A DNA stretch of 64,000 nt, from positions 384,001 through 448,000 of the forward strand of contig CAWFQK010000001.1 in NCBI GenBank assembly GCA_963817955.1, in the 5' to 3' direction. Below, one piece after another: positions 32,402 to 44,290 of this stretch. A program made the position numbers and the translations under genes. Numbering within the stretch: the first letter of the stretch is position 1; the number at the start of each line of letters is the position of its first letter. This DNA is from an uncultured Gemmatimonadaceae bacterium (lineage in GTDB: Bacteria > Gemmatimonadota > Gemmatimonadetes > Gemmatimonadales > Gemmatimonadaceae). Under the pieces are notes generated by a model. It was not told where the DNA came from. It did not search any database and saw only the letters and a list, made by a program, of their open reading frames with translations.

Positions 32402-33912
32402 TCACCGAGGCCCGAGTAGTTTCGCGATCCCTCTCATTGGAATGCCGGCCCACGTTGGCCGGTTGTTCAACTCGTACGTCAACTCGTAGAACACCTTCTC
32501 GGCCTCGAACAGGGCGATCAACTGACGTACGCTCGACGGTTCTTCGGGTAGAATGTCCGGCGAATCGTCTTCGGGTTCGCCCAGGTATCCGGCGAGATAC
32601 GCCGCGCGGACGTCGCGCTCCCAACGGGCCGTGCGCAACTCGCGGGTCGGTGCATCGATCGTCTTCTCCACCGACATCGCGAGCGTCGCCGCAACGTACG
32701 CAAAGCTTCGCAGCATGCTGGCGACGTCGCGCAGCGGAGAGTGCTTCTCGCGGCGTTCCTCGAGCGATCGGGCCGGCTCGCCCTCGAAGTCGATGATCAT
32801 GAAGTCCCCGCCCCCGCCCCCGCCCTCGCTCACCGTGCGAAGCACCTGACCCAGGTGATAGTCGCCGTGAATGCGGATGCACATGCCGAGGTCGTCGCCC
32901 AACTCATCGACGGTCTCGTCCATCCACTTCTCGAGCCGCGAGCGCCGGCTCACGAGCGCCTGGGCTTCGGCCACGCGCTCCTTGGGAAAGGTGCTGGAGG
33001 TGATTTGCCGCTCCAGGAGCACGAGCGATTCTCCAATGGCGTGCTTCGCGCGGTTCGCCCAGCGGTCGAGATCTTCCGGCACCGCCGGCTCGGCCGCGAA
33101 ATCCGGATCGTCGTCATCACTCGAGAGCGCCTCGTGCAGCGCCCGGGTAACGGCGCCGAGCCGTTTCGCGTCGACGACGAACTCGTTCGCCGCCTCACGG
33201 TTGGCCGGCCCGTTGAAGTAGCTGCGCGCGCGTTCGAGCGCATATGCCCATGCGTCCGTTGACCGCGGCAGGAACTGCTGCATCATCCCCGATGTCGTGC
33301 GTGTCGCTCCCTCTTCGAAGTGCATCCAGCCGAGGAGTGCAGGCGTATGAGAGAAGTTGGCGCGCGTCGTGAGGAACGAGGTGACCTCCACATCTGGGTG
33401 CACGCCCGGCTCGATCCTGCGAAACAACTTGAGAATTGCCGCGTCGCCAATGATGATCGACGTATTGCTCTGTTCCGCGGCGACGAGTGTCGTCTTGGCA
33501 GCGTCGATCATTGGCGCGCCAACGGGCTCGGCGACCCACTGCACCGCGTCGCCTCGCACGGTTGCACCATGGACCACGGCGCCCACAAGGCCGGCTCTGA
33601 ATTCGGGATCGTACATGGCGTCGTACAGGGGGACGTTCGACTGCGTCGCGATCATCGCTTGGTCTACGACGTCGCTCTTCGTCCGCGAAGCAAGCGGCAC
33701 CTGGTACTCGTGTTCCGCTGTTCCCGCGACCACGATGACGCGGGCAATGGCGAACGCGCCTTCGCCCCACGGCAATACGACATACGATGCCACTCTCGCC
33801 TCGGTCGCCGCGGTGCCCTTCTCCGCGAACCAGCGCTGTCGATGGAGGAAACGCAGCAACTCGTCGCTCGACAACGACGCGATTGCCGTCGCGATCGGCG
33901 AGGCGGGGATCA

Positions 33913-33916
<4 letters not shown>
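32402..33916 (-). CDS. mak: Maltokinase (Pep2/Mak)
   Basis: QRWF, AEQSNTS, LKLFRR, RIHGDYHLGQVL, IIDFEGEP, RDVASMLRSF and YELNNRP; coupled to treS. Confidence 0.92.
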
Positions 33917-35583
<1,667 letters not shown>

Positions 35584-35591
35584 TCGGTGAC

Positions 35592-35690
35592 TGGTGGTTG
35601 GTGGTTGGTGGTGGTGGTGGTGGTGGTGGTGGTGGTGGTGGTGGTGGTGGTGGTGGTGGTGGTGGTGGTGGTGGTGGTGGTGGTGGTGGT
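35592..35690. repeat. (GGT)28 microsatellite preceded by TGGTGGT heptamers
   Basis: Pure GGT from 35607 to 35690 (84 nt), directly upstream of the treS start. Confidence 0.95.
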
Positions 35691-35849
35691 TGGTCGCTAG
35701 TCGTGGCTTGTTGGGCCTGCTGGTGCGGAGGTTGCGGTGTGGGAGCCGTTAAAGTGTCTCAGAGATTAGTAGCTAGTATCTAGCATCAATAGCCAGCACT
35801 AAGCACCTGAGCCAGCACCAGGCACCCTGCCACCAGTAACCGGCGACCA

Positions 35850-36521
35850 ATGCTCCTTCCCCTCATTGCACTCCTTCTTGCGTCGGGAGATACCCTACGA
35901 ATCCGGCCTACCGTACCGCCAGTGATCGCACCGGCGTCCGCACCGGCAGACTCGGTCGCAAGCGTGGACTGGTACGACCGAGCGCCCGAACTCGACGCAC
36001 GACTGGCGCCGACGTTCGACGCACGACTAGTGCCGGGTTTTGAACCGCCGGCTGCAGCATCCGATACCGTCCGGAAACGCCGGAAAGCCATCGAGTACAG
36101 TGACTGGTACTACCGCCGCCTGCAGATCCACAGGTGGGGCAGCTGGGTCGAACTTCCGTTGTTTGCCGGCGAATACTGGCTTGGCAACAAGCTCATGCCG
36201 CGCGGCGAACCAATCGCCAATTGGCTGAGGCCAGCGCATCGCACCGTCGCCGGAGGGCTCGGCGTCTTATTCGGTATCAACACGATCACCGGGGTCTGGA
36301 ATCTGTGGGATTCCCGCAACGATACAGATGACCGCGGGCTCGTCTGGACCCATTCGGCCCTCATGCTCGCCTCCGACGCGGGGTTCGCGATCACCGGAGC
36401 ACTAGGTCACAACGCCCGCCGCTCGATTAACGGAGCCAATCAACATCGAAACGCAGCCCTCGCCTCGATCGGGCTCGCAACGGTGGGGACCGCGATCATG
36501 TGGGTGAAGCGAGGGCTGTGA
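35850..36521 (+). CDS. Hypothetical membrane protein with four His-bearing TM helices
   Basis: Signal-like N-terminus, then four hydrophobic segments starting IHRW, AHRT, THSA and QHRN. Confidence 0.7.
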   Translation: MLLPLIALLLASGDTLRIRPTVPPVIAPASAPADSVASVDWYDRAPELDARLAPTFDARLVPGFEPPAAASDTVRKRRKAIEYSDWYYRRLQIHRWGSWVELPLFAGEYWLGNKLMPRGEPIANWLRPAHRTVAGGLGVLFGINTITGVWNLWDSRNDTDDRGLVWTHSALMLASDAGFAITGALGHNARRSINGANQHRNAALASIGLATVGTAIMWVKRGL

Positions 36522-36524
36522 GGT

Positions 36525-36979
36525 ACGAGACACGGGACACGGGACCCGGGACACGGGAAACTCACCACGCACAACTCACCACTGGACAACTCGAAACTCG
36601 CCGACCGGTGGGCCGACCAGTACGGAGCAGCCAGCGACATCCAGCCGGCTCACAGAGATCCTTCGCTTGCTCAGGATGACAGGCATCCAGGATGACAGGC
36701 CTTCGCTCAGGATGACAGGCATCGCGGGTGATCGGTGATCAGTTGTGAGTTGTGAGTTGTGAGTTGTCAGTATACGGGTCATGCGCACCAGGGTGCCTGG
36801 CTCGCCGGCCACTATCGCCGGTCGGCGAGGTTCGGGTGTCCAGTTGTGAGTCGTGAGTTGTGAGTTTTTAACAACGCGTAACGCATAACTCATCACTGGC
36901 AACTCGGAACTCGCCGACCGGTGGGCCGACCACTACGGAGCAGCCAGCGACATCCAGCCGGTCAGAACCCGGAGTCCAA
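36525..36979 (+). repeat. Mosaic repeat block: GACACGG heptamers, partial 230-bp element, three REP-like units and full element copy 2 (36725-36960)
   Basis: Direct sequence similarity to 12526-12758 and 63745-64000; CAGGATGACAGGC occurs three times. Confidence 0.9.
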
Positions 36980-37035
36980 CGCGCGCCTCACGATCGTTCC
37001 TCCCATCGGCGAGTTTCCCGTCTTGCGTTTGCGCA

Positions 37036-39123
37036 TCATGCGTCGACCGTCTCCACCGCCAGTACGTGCCCCACCGCCTCAACCGGATCCAGCCGGACGT
37101 AGTTCCTCACCCCCTGCCACATGTACTTCACCCCCGTGAGCAGATCGTGCACCACGTACGGCTGCTCGTCGTCGATGCCCATGTCGTGAATCGGCACGTG
37201 GACCATCGTCTCCTGGACGTGGTGCGGGTCGAGGTTGACGGCAACGAGAATGTCGGTGCTCGTCGCGATGGGAGCGAGGTCGAGCGCTGCGGCGATCTTT
37301 GGTGGAACTGGATGGCCCGTGGGGTTCGTCCATTGCACCAGCGGCGCGCGCGATGACTTGCGGTAGAACAGGATGTTCGGGTTCTCGGACGTGTGGAATG
37401 AAAGGTTGGCGTACTGTTGGAGCGCCCGCTGTTCGCGGCGCAGGCGATTCAGCCGTTCGATGTCCACATTGATGTTCCCGGGCGCGCCGTAGTTGCGCGG
37501 GCGAAGCTGGTACTTCTCCGAATCGAGATACTCCTCGCTCCCTTCACCCACCGGCACATTCTCGCACAGTTCGAAGCCGCTGTAGATGCCATACAGCGGC
37601 AGCAGCGTCGCGGCGAGCAACAGACGCACCCGAAAGGCGGGCCGGCCGCCGTTTACCAGGTATTCATTCAGAATGTCTGGTGTGTTGACGAACAAGTTCC
37701 CGCGGAAGTACTCCACCATTGGACTCTGCGCCAGCTCCTGCAGATGCTCGCGCAAGTCCCACGCGGCGTTCTTCCAGGTGAAATAGGTGTACGACATCGT
37801 GAAGCCAAGCTTGGCGAGCACCTTCATTGGCTTGGGCCGCGTGAATGCTTCCGCGAAGAAGATCACGTCGGGGTGCTCGCGTTGCACATCCTGGATCACC
37901 CACTCCCAGAAGGCGAACGCCTTGGTGTGCGGATTGTCGACGCGAAAGATCTTCACGCCGTGACCAATCCAGTACAGCAGCACGTCGCGGCAGGCGTTCC
38001 ATAGCCCATGCCGGTCGTCGCACCAGAAGTTCAGTGGATAGATGTCCTGATACTTCTTCGGCGGATTCTCGGCGTAATGGATGGAGCCGTCGGGCCGAAT
38101 GTAGAACCAGTCGGGGTGCTCCGTGACCCACGGGTGATCGGGCGAGCACTGGAGCGCGTAGTCGAGCGCCACTTCCATTCCCAGCGTGCGCGCCGTGTCG
38201 ACGAACTGATCGAAGTCGTCGATCGTGCCCAGCGCCGGCTCGATGGCGGTGTGCCCGCCATTCTCGTTTCCGATCGCCCACGGACTGCCGACGTCGTCTG
38301 GCTCCGGCGTGAGTGAGTTGTTCTTGCCCTTCCGGTACGAATGGCCAATGGGGTGGATGGGCGGCAGGTAGACGACGTCGAACCCGAGGTCGGCAATGCG
38401 CTGTAGCCGCGCCGCCGCATCGATAAACGTTCCGTGATGCGGCGGCGTGAACCCAGGAGTGACTTGTGACCGCGGAAACATCTCGTACCAAGCGGCAAAG
38501 CGCGCCAATTCTCGATCGACAGTGATGGCGAGATCGTGCCGGTAGCGCGCCAGATCGCTCACCGGGCCGTACTCGGTCATGAGCGCACGCAGATCGTCGT
38601 CCAGCGCGCGTTGCACGCGTCGTTCGATCGGCGTGTCGCTCTGATCCTCGAGCATCTTCGCGGTCATGAGCAGCGACGCCCTGGCAGCCTTGCTCTTCAC
38701 CGACCGCGCCGCCGAACGCGCATGCTGCGCACCCTCCATCAAGTCCACCGTCACGTCCTGGCCGGCCTTGACCTTTTTCTCGACAGCATTCCGCCAGGTA
38801 CCGAATCGGTCGGTCCACGCCTGTATCGTGAACGCCCAAGGCCCAAGGCGATCAACCGTGAAGGCGCCATACCAACGGTCACTGTCGAAGTCGTATGCCA
38901 TTGGCGACCACGACCAATCGCCGTCGCCCGGACCGCGATACAGCAGCTGCGCGGTCAGTTGGTCGTGTCCTTCCTTCATGATGTCGGCTCCGACCGACAC
39001 CCGGTCGCCGACCACCCGTTTGACAGGATAGCGCCCGCCGTCGAGCTCGGGCGTGACGCACTCAATGACGATATGCTCGAGTCGGCGTGACGTGGAACGG
39101 CGCTCGGTCTTTCTGGTAGCCAC
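37036..39123 (-). CDS. glgE: Alpha-1,4-glucan:maltose-1-phosphate maltosyltransferase
   Basis: DGGRYPVKR, WYEMFPRS, KGKNN, QCSPDHPW, ENPPKKYQDIYP, FRVDNPHTK, AEAFT and DSEKY; probable start GTG 39123. Confidence 0.96.
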   Translation of the reverse strand: MATRKTERRSTSRRLEHIVIECVTPELDGGRYPVKRVVGDRVSVGADIMKEGHDQLTAQLLYRGPGDGDWSWSPMAYDFDSDRWYGAFTVDRLGPWAFTIQAWTDRFGTWRNAVEKKVKAGQDVTVDLMEGAQHARSAARSVKSKAARASLLMTAKMLEDQSDTPIERRVQRALDDDLRALMTEYGPVSDLARYRHDLAITVDRELARFAAWYEMFPRSQVTPGFTPPHHGTFIDAAARLQRIADLGFDVVYLPPIHPIGHSYRKGKNNSLTPEPDDVGSPWAIGNENGGHTAIEPALGTIDDFDQFVDTARTLGMEVALDYALQCSPDHPWVTEHPDWFYIRPDGSIHYAENPPKKYQDIYPLNFWCDDRHGLWNACRDVLLYWIGHGVKIFRVDNPHTKAFAFWEWVIQDVQREHPDVIFFAEAFTRPKPMKVLAKLGFTMSYTYFTWKNAAWDLREHLQELAQSPMVEYFRGNLFVNTPDILNEYLVNGGRPAFRVRLLLAATLLPLYGIYSGFELCENVPVGEGSEEYLDSEKYQLRPRNYGAPGNINVDIERLNRLRREQRALQQYANLSFHTSENPNILFYRKSSRAPLVQWTNPTGHPVPPKIAAALDLAPIATSTDILVAVNLDPHHVQETMVHVPIHDMGIDDEQPYVVHDLLTGVKYMWQGVRNYVRLDPVEAVGHVLAVETVDA

Positions 39124-39219
39124 AGTATCCGGGTAGATCGGTCGCACATGAGGCCGTTGCGACTCGAACGGCGTTCGGCGGAGTTGCTCGCAACATCCGC
39201 GCCCTCTATATCGTACAAA

Positions 39220-41706
39220 ATGGCCACCGCATCTCATACTGTCTTCGTTCACAAATTCGGCGGCAGCAGCCTTGCCGACGGCGACGCCTTCCGCCGCGTC
39301 GCCGCAATCGTTGCTGCCCGCCCCGAGTCGCGGCGTGTCATCGTCGTCTCGGCCATGAGCGGGGTGACGAACACCCTCGTCAACGCCGTGGAGCGTGCCG
39401 GTGCGGGCGATCAATCGTACGTAACGCTCCTCGACGAGCTTCGCCGCCGCCACCTGTCGACGATCGATCAGCTGTTCGACGAATCAGCGGCCGAACCACT
39501 CCGCGCCGTCATCGAGCACGACCTCACGGAGATTGGCAAGATTCTGCATGTGGCTTCACTCCTCCACAGCTCGCACGACGCGCTTGGTCTGGTGAGTGGA
39601 TTCGGCGAGCTCTGGTCCGCGCAACTCCTTGCCGAGTGTTTGCGGTCGGTGGCCGGGGTACCCACTGCATGGCTGAACGCGCGCGACGTGCTCACGGTGG
39701 TGCCCACCGACGGTCCAGTGCCGGACGTCGATTGGGACGTGTCGCGCATGCGCCTCGCCCAGTGGATCGCGGCACATCCGCAGCTTCCACCGACGTTGGT
39801 CGTCACCGGCTTCGTCGCCTCCACTCGCGACGGCGTCGCAACGACACTCGGCCGCAACGGCAGCGATTTCACTGCGTCGATTTTCGGTTCACTCGTGCAA
39901 GCGGACGAGATCCACATCTGGACCGACGTCGATGGTGTGATGAGCGCCGACCCGCGTCTCGTGCCCGAAGCCGTCACGCTCGATGCGCTGTCGTACGACG
40001 AGGCAATGGAGCTCGCCTACTTCGGGGCCAAGGTGATCCACCCGAGCACGATGGCGCCGGCCATTCTACGCGACACGCCGTTGATCATCCGTAACACCTT
40101 CAACGCCGAGCATCCCGGAACACGCATCGAAGCGCATCCCCTGTCGTCATTCGGCGTCAAGGGACTGGCCACCGTGCAGTCGATTGCGCTCCTCAACCTC
40201 GAGGGCACGGGCATGATCGGCGTGCCCGGCACCGCCCAACGCCTATTCGGCGCACTGCGCGAGGCGGGCATCTCGGTGGTGATGATCTCGCAGGGCAGCT
40301 CGGAACACTCGATCTGCTTCGCCGTGCCAATGGCGCTCGCCGAACGGGCGCGCGAAGCGGTGGAGCGAGCGTTCTTCGCCGAGCGACATCACGGACAGAT
40401 TCAGCGTGTCGATGTGTTGTCCGATTGCAGCATCCTGGCCGTGGTCGGTGATCGCATGGCGGGACAACCAGGCGTTGCAGCCAAGTTCTTCAGTGCACTT
40501 GGGAAGTCCGGGGTGAACATTCGCGCCATCGCGCAGGGGTCGTCGGAGCGCAACATCTCCGTCGTCGTGGACGCGGGCGACACGCAACGCGCGCTCCGCG
40601 CCGCGCACGCCAGCTTCTATCTCTCCAATCAAACTATCTCCATCGGCCTGGTGGGCGCCGGCAACATTGGCGCAACGTTCCTTGGTCAGCTCCAGCGAGA
40701 GCGTACTCGCCTCAAGGAGACGTTCGACGTCGATCTCCGAGTGCGGGCCATTGCCACGTCGTCGCGCATGCTCCTCAGCCATTCAGCCATCGATCTCGCC
40801 GACTGGCGCGGCTCGCTCGCCCAGAGCGGAGAAGCGTTGGACCTGGACCGACTCGTCGCACACGTGCGCACCGAGCATCTCCCGCACGCCGCGATCATCG
40901 ACTGCACGGCCAGCGAGGTCGTTGCGCGGCAGTACGCGGAATGGCTCGAGCGCGGCATTCACGTCATCACGCCAAACAAGCGCGCGAACACCGCATCGAT
41001 GGACTACTACCGTCGCTTGCGTCCGGCCACAGGCAGCCTTGGCGCACACTATCTCTATGAGACCACTGTGGGCGCCGCGCTGCCGATCATCCGCACGCTG
41101 CGCGATCTCGTGCAGACGGGCGATCAGGTACAGGAAATCGAGGGCATTCTGTCCGGTACGTTGTCGTACTTGTTCAACAGCTTCGACGGTTCGCGTCCCT
41201 TCTCGGATCTCGTGAAACGCGCCCGTGCGCTCGGGTACACTGAGCCCGATCCGCGCGACGATCTGTCCGGCGCCGACGTCGCGCGCAAAGTCGTCATTCT
41301 GGCGCGCGAGATGGGATTGTCGCTCGAGCTCGCGGACGTCCAGGTGCAGAGCCTCGTGCCGAACGTGCTGCAACGCGGATCGACCGAGGACTTTCTTGCC
41401 GCGTTGCCCGAGCACGACGCCGAGATGGAAAGCCAGCGCCGAGCCGCGGCCGCCGAGGGCAGTGCACTGCGGTATGTTGGCCGCGTCGATGCGAGCGGGC
41501 GGGCGACGGTGCAACTTCGCGCGTATGCGTCCACGCATCCATTCGCGCGCATTCAACTCACCGACAACATCGTGCTGTTTCGCACGGCCCGGTACAGCGA
41601 GAATCCGCTGGTCGTGCAGGGGCCGGGTGCAGGACGCGACGTAACGGCCGCCGGCGTCTTTGCCGACCTGCTGCGTCTGGCGTCGTACCTCGGCGCGGTG
41701 ATGTAA
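39220..41706 (+). CDS. thrA: Bifunctional aspartate kinase / homoserine dehydrogenase I
   Basis: HKFGGSS, TLGRNGSD, WTDVDG, two ACT domains, G.GNIG, YETTVGA.LP, TEPDPRDDL and GPGAG. Confidence 0.96.
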   Translation: MATASHTVFVHKFGGSSLADGDAFRRVAAIVAARPESRRVIVVSAMSGVTNTLVNAVERAGAGDQSYVTLLDELRRRHLSTIDQLFDESAAEPLRAVIEHDLTEIGKILHVASLLHSSHDALGLVSGFGELWSAQLLAECLRSVAGVPTAWLNARDVLTVVPTDGPVPDVDWDVSRMRLAQWIAAHPQLPPTLVVTGFVASTRDGVATTLGRNGSDFTASIFGSLVQADEIHIWTDVDGVMSADPRLVPEAVTLDALSYDEAMELAYFGAKVIHPSTMAPAILRDTPLIIRNTFNAEHPGTRIEAHPLSSFGVKGLATVQSIALLNLEGTGMIGVPGTAQRLFGALREAGISVVMISQGSSEHSICFAVPMALAERAREAVERAFFAERHHGQIQRVDVLSDCSILAVVGDRMAGQPGVAAKFFSALGKSGVNIRAIAQGSSERNISVVVDAGDTQRALRAAHASFYLSNQTISIGLVGAGNIGATFLGQLQRERTRLKETFDVDLRVRAIATSSRMLLSHSAIDLADWRGSLAQSGEALDLDRLVAHVRTEHLPHAAIIDCTASEVVARQYAEWLERGIHVITPNKRANTASMDYYRRLRPATGSLGAHYLYETTVGAALPIIRTLRDLVQTGDQVQEIEGILSGTLSYLFNSFDGSRPFSDLVKRARALGYTEPDPRDDLSGADVARKVVILAREMGLSLELADVQVQSLVPNVLQRGSTEDFLAALPEHDAEMESQRRAAAAEGSALRYVGRVDASGRATVQLRAYASTHPFARIQLTDNIVLFRTARYSENPLVVQGPGAGRDVTAAGVFADLLRLASYLGAVM

Positions 41707-41748
41707 TGACCTTCGCGCATGGTGTAGCAGGGGTGGCGTCAACCGGGC

Positions 41749-41940
41749 TTGGACTCCGGGTTGTTGACCGGCTGGATGTCGCTGGCTGCTCCGTAGCGGT
41801 CGGCCCACCGGTCGGCGAGGTTCGAGTTGCCAGTGATGAGTGATGCGTTGCGCGTTGTTAAAAACTCACAACTCACAACGCACAACTGGACACCCGAACC
41901 TCGCCGACCGGCGATAGTGGTCAGCGTGCCAGGCGCCCGG
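41749..41940 (-). repeat. Dispersed palindromic element, copy 3 (inverted); a (TAACGCR)4 run follows at 41959-41986
   Basis: Reverse complement matches ~12597-12758 and 36790-36979. Confidence 0.9.
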
Positions 41941-42054
41941 CGGTAGAAGCCCAACTGGTAACGCATAACGCGTAACGCGTAACGCGGTGCCCCGTGTCCC
42001 CAACATTTGTAAGGATCATGTACGAGCGCGGCCCATCCGTCGTATCTTTTCCCG

Positions 42055-43284
42055 ATGCCAACTGTAACTGTCATCGGCGGCGGCCTCGTCGGCCTGGCCA
42101 GTACATACAAGCTTCTGCTCGGCGGGCAGTTCGACCGAGTCGTACTCCTGGAGAAGGAACCGGACGTCGCCCGTCATCAATCGACGCACAACAGCGGCGT
42201 GTTGCACGCGGGGTTGTACTACACGCCGGGCTCGCTCAAGGCGCGCTTTGCCGTCAACGGCCTCCGCGAGATGGTGGCGTTCTGTCAGGAGCACGGGGTG
42301 GCGTACGACCAGTGCGGCAAGGTGGTCGTGGCCACGGAAGACGCGGAGCTCGGTCGGTTGCACACGCTGTTCGAGCGCGGACAACAGAATGGCCTGTCCG
42401 GATTGCGCTGGCTCGACGGCAAGGAGCTGCGCGAGATCGAGCCGCACGCGGCGGGCATTGCCGCGGTGCACGTGCCAGAGGAGGGCATAGCGGACTACGC
42501 GGGCGTCGCGCAGGCCATCAAGCGTCTGATCGTCAAGGCTGGCGGAGAAGTGGTCGTGAGCGCGCCCGTGCGCTCGCTCACGCGGTCCGCTTCCGGCTGG
42601 ACGATTCGCGCCGGAGCGCAGACGCTGACGGCGAACACCATCGTCAATTGCGCAGGTCTGCACGCCGATCGCATTGCGCGGCTGGCCGGCGAGCAGACCG
42701 ATGTCCGGATCGTACCGTTTCGCGGTGAGTACTACACCCTGCGCCCGGACCGCGCGTCGCTAGTTCGAAATCTCATATATCCGGTTCCGAACCCCGCCTT
42801 TCCGTTCCTGGGCGTGCATCTCACGAGAATGATCCACGGCGGTGTGGAGGGTGGGCCGAACGCCGTGCTTGCCGGTGCGCGCGAGGGGTACACGAAATGG
42901 CAGATCAACCTGCGCGACCTCGGCGAGGCGATCACCTTTCCCGGCCTGTGGCACTTCATCGCGCACTACCCGCAGGTCGTCACGTATGAATTGGCGCGGT
43001 CGTTCAGCTCGAGATTGTTCTTGCGCGCGCTGCAGCGCCTGGTCCCCGAGCTGCGCGCCGGCGACATCGTGCCCGGAATGGCCGGCGTGCGCGCTCAGGC
43101 CATGCGTGGCAACGGCGAATTGGTACAGGATTTCGACATGATCGTGCGTCCAGACGCCGTTCACGTACTCAACGCACCGAGCCCGGCCGCCACGGCTTCG
43201 TTGGCGATTGGAGCCGAGATAGCCAGTTGGACTTGTCGCCAATCCCCACGACCATCGCCGACGACCCGGCCGCTCGGCCGGTGA
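42055..43284 (+). CDS. lhgO: L-2-hydroxyglutarate oxidase
   Basis: IGGGLVG, HQSTHNSGVLHAG.YY.PGSLKA, PFRGEYY, IYPVP.P.FPFLGVH, GVRAQA and NAPSPAATASL. Confidence 0.93.
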   Translation: MPTVTVIGGGLVGLASTYKLLLGGQFDRVVLLEKEPDVARHQSTHNSGVLHAGLYYTPGSLKARFAVNGLREMVAFCQEHGVAYDQCGKVVVATEDAELGRLHTLFERGQQNGLSGLRWLDGKELREIEPHAAGIAAVHVPEEGIADYAGVAQAIKRLIVKAGGEVVVSAPVRSLTRSASGWTIRAGAQTLTANTIVNCAGLHADRIARLAGEQTDVRIVPFRGEYYTLRPDRASLVRNLIYPVPNPAFPFLGVHLTRMIHGGVEGGPNAVLAGAREGYTKWQINLRDLGEAITFPGLWHFIAHYPQVVTYELARSFSSRLFLRALQRLVPELRAGDIVPGMAGVRAQAMRGNGELVQDFDMIVRPDAVHVLNAPSPAATASLAIGAEIASWTCRQSPRPSPTTRPLGR

Positions 43285-44030
43285 TGACAACGGTCGTCGC
43301 GGACGATCTCCTGCTGCACACCCCGAGACGTGGGCCGGATGGTCGCTGGGCGAAGAGCGCGTGGCCCGCCTATTCCGCGCCGCGGCCTCGTTCTATGACG
43401 CCGCGCCTCTGGTCGCAGGCCGTATAGGCAGCGCCCCCGTTGTACCCGCCACGGCGCGCCGTCACTCGACGGCTGGCACTACACCTTGTTGAACATGTCA
43501 TGTACGGAAACCGAGCGCCGATCACGGCGATCACCGAGTTCGACCTGCGCGAGTTTCTCTTCGACTCGTTGCCGAGAAAACTCAGGCTCGCCCGCTCGGC
43601 GGCGTTGGCTGCGCTTGGCTCTCTCGAACGGTTCTTCGAGTTTCTCGCCGCCGAAGAAGGCATCGAATGTCCCTGGGCCGCGCCCATTCTACAGGACCGA
43701 AGCGCGTTCATCGAGCGATGGGAAACCTGTCCGAACAAACCCTTCTGGGATCTGGAGTCGATTGATTGGATCAGTGATCTGAATGCCGATCTCCAACGGC
43801 GCTCGCTGCTGCCGGAGTCCGATCTGGGGTCCGGGCCGGAGTCTGCTTCGGTCTCCGATGATCTGGAACTTCCGATCACCCCCATGACCTGGGAGCAACA
43901 TCTGGTGTGGCTGCGTCTGCACCGGCAGTGGCTCGCTTGGCGCGACGAGATCATTCGGTCTGGTGTGACCGACGCCGAGACCGTGTACAACCGCTTGGCC
44001 GAGCGGGCGCGCGCCCAACAGTCTACTTGA
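43284..44030 (+). pseudogene. Hypothetical protein, 5' part broken by frameshifts; 43440-44030 is open
   Basis: Protein-like text in successive frames (MTTVVADDLLLH / PETWAGWSLGEERVARLFRAAASFYDAAP / ...EFDLREFLFDSLPRK...). Confidence 0.45.
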
Positions 44031-44072
44031 AAGCCGTCGGGCTATTGGCCCGATCTGGTGCGTTCAAGGCGT

Positions 44073-44111
44073 AAAACGACGGCGGAGCACTCTATGCTTC
44101 GCCGTCGTTTT
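44073..44111. terminator. Bidirectional intrinsic terminator
   Basis: aaaacgacggcggagca-ctcta-tgcttcgccgtcgtttt. Confidence 0.8.
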
Positions 44112-44290
44112 CTCTCCTACTCCCTTCCCACCACCACCCCACCCCACCCGCGGAATCAAGGAGCATCGAGCGTACCACGCCACTTTCCCCGTCGAGTTCT
44201 TCGACGCCGGAGACCGCGTGGCACGCCAATTTCTTTACCAGCCGTCGAGAGAAAGACCACATCTGACTCATCGAACTTGCCGGCTGTCTC

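Noticed and set aside
35598..35783. Poly-Gly and poly-Val ORFs
   Set aside because: Artefacts of the (GGT)n tract.
39124..39219. Threonine attenuator or riboswitch before thrA
   Set aside because: Only ~96 bp of divergent intergenic DNA, with no Thr/Ile-rich leader peptide or terminator hairpin.
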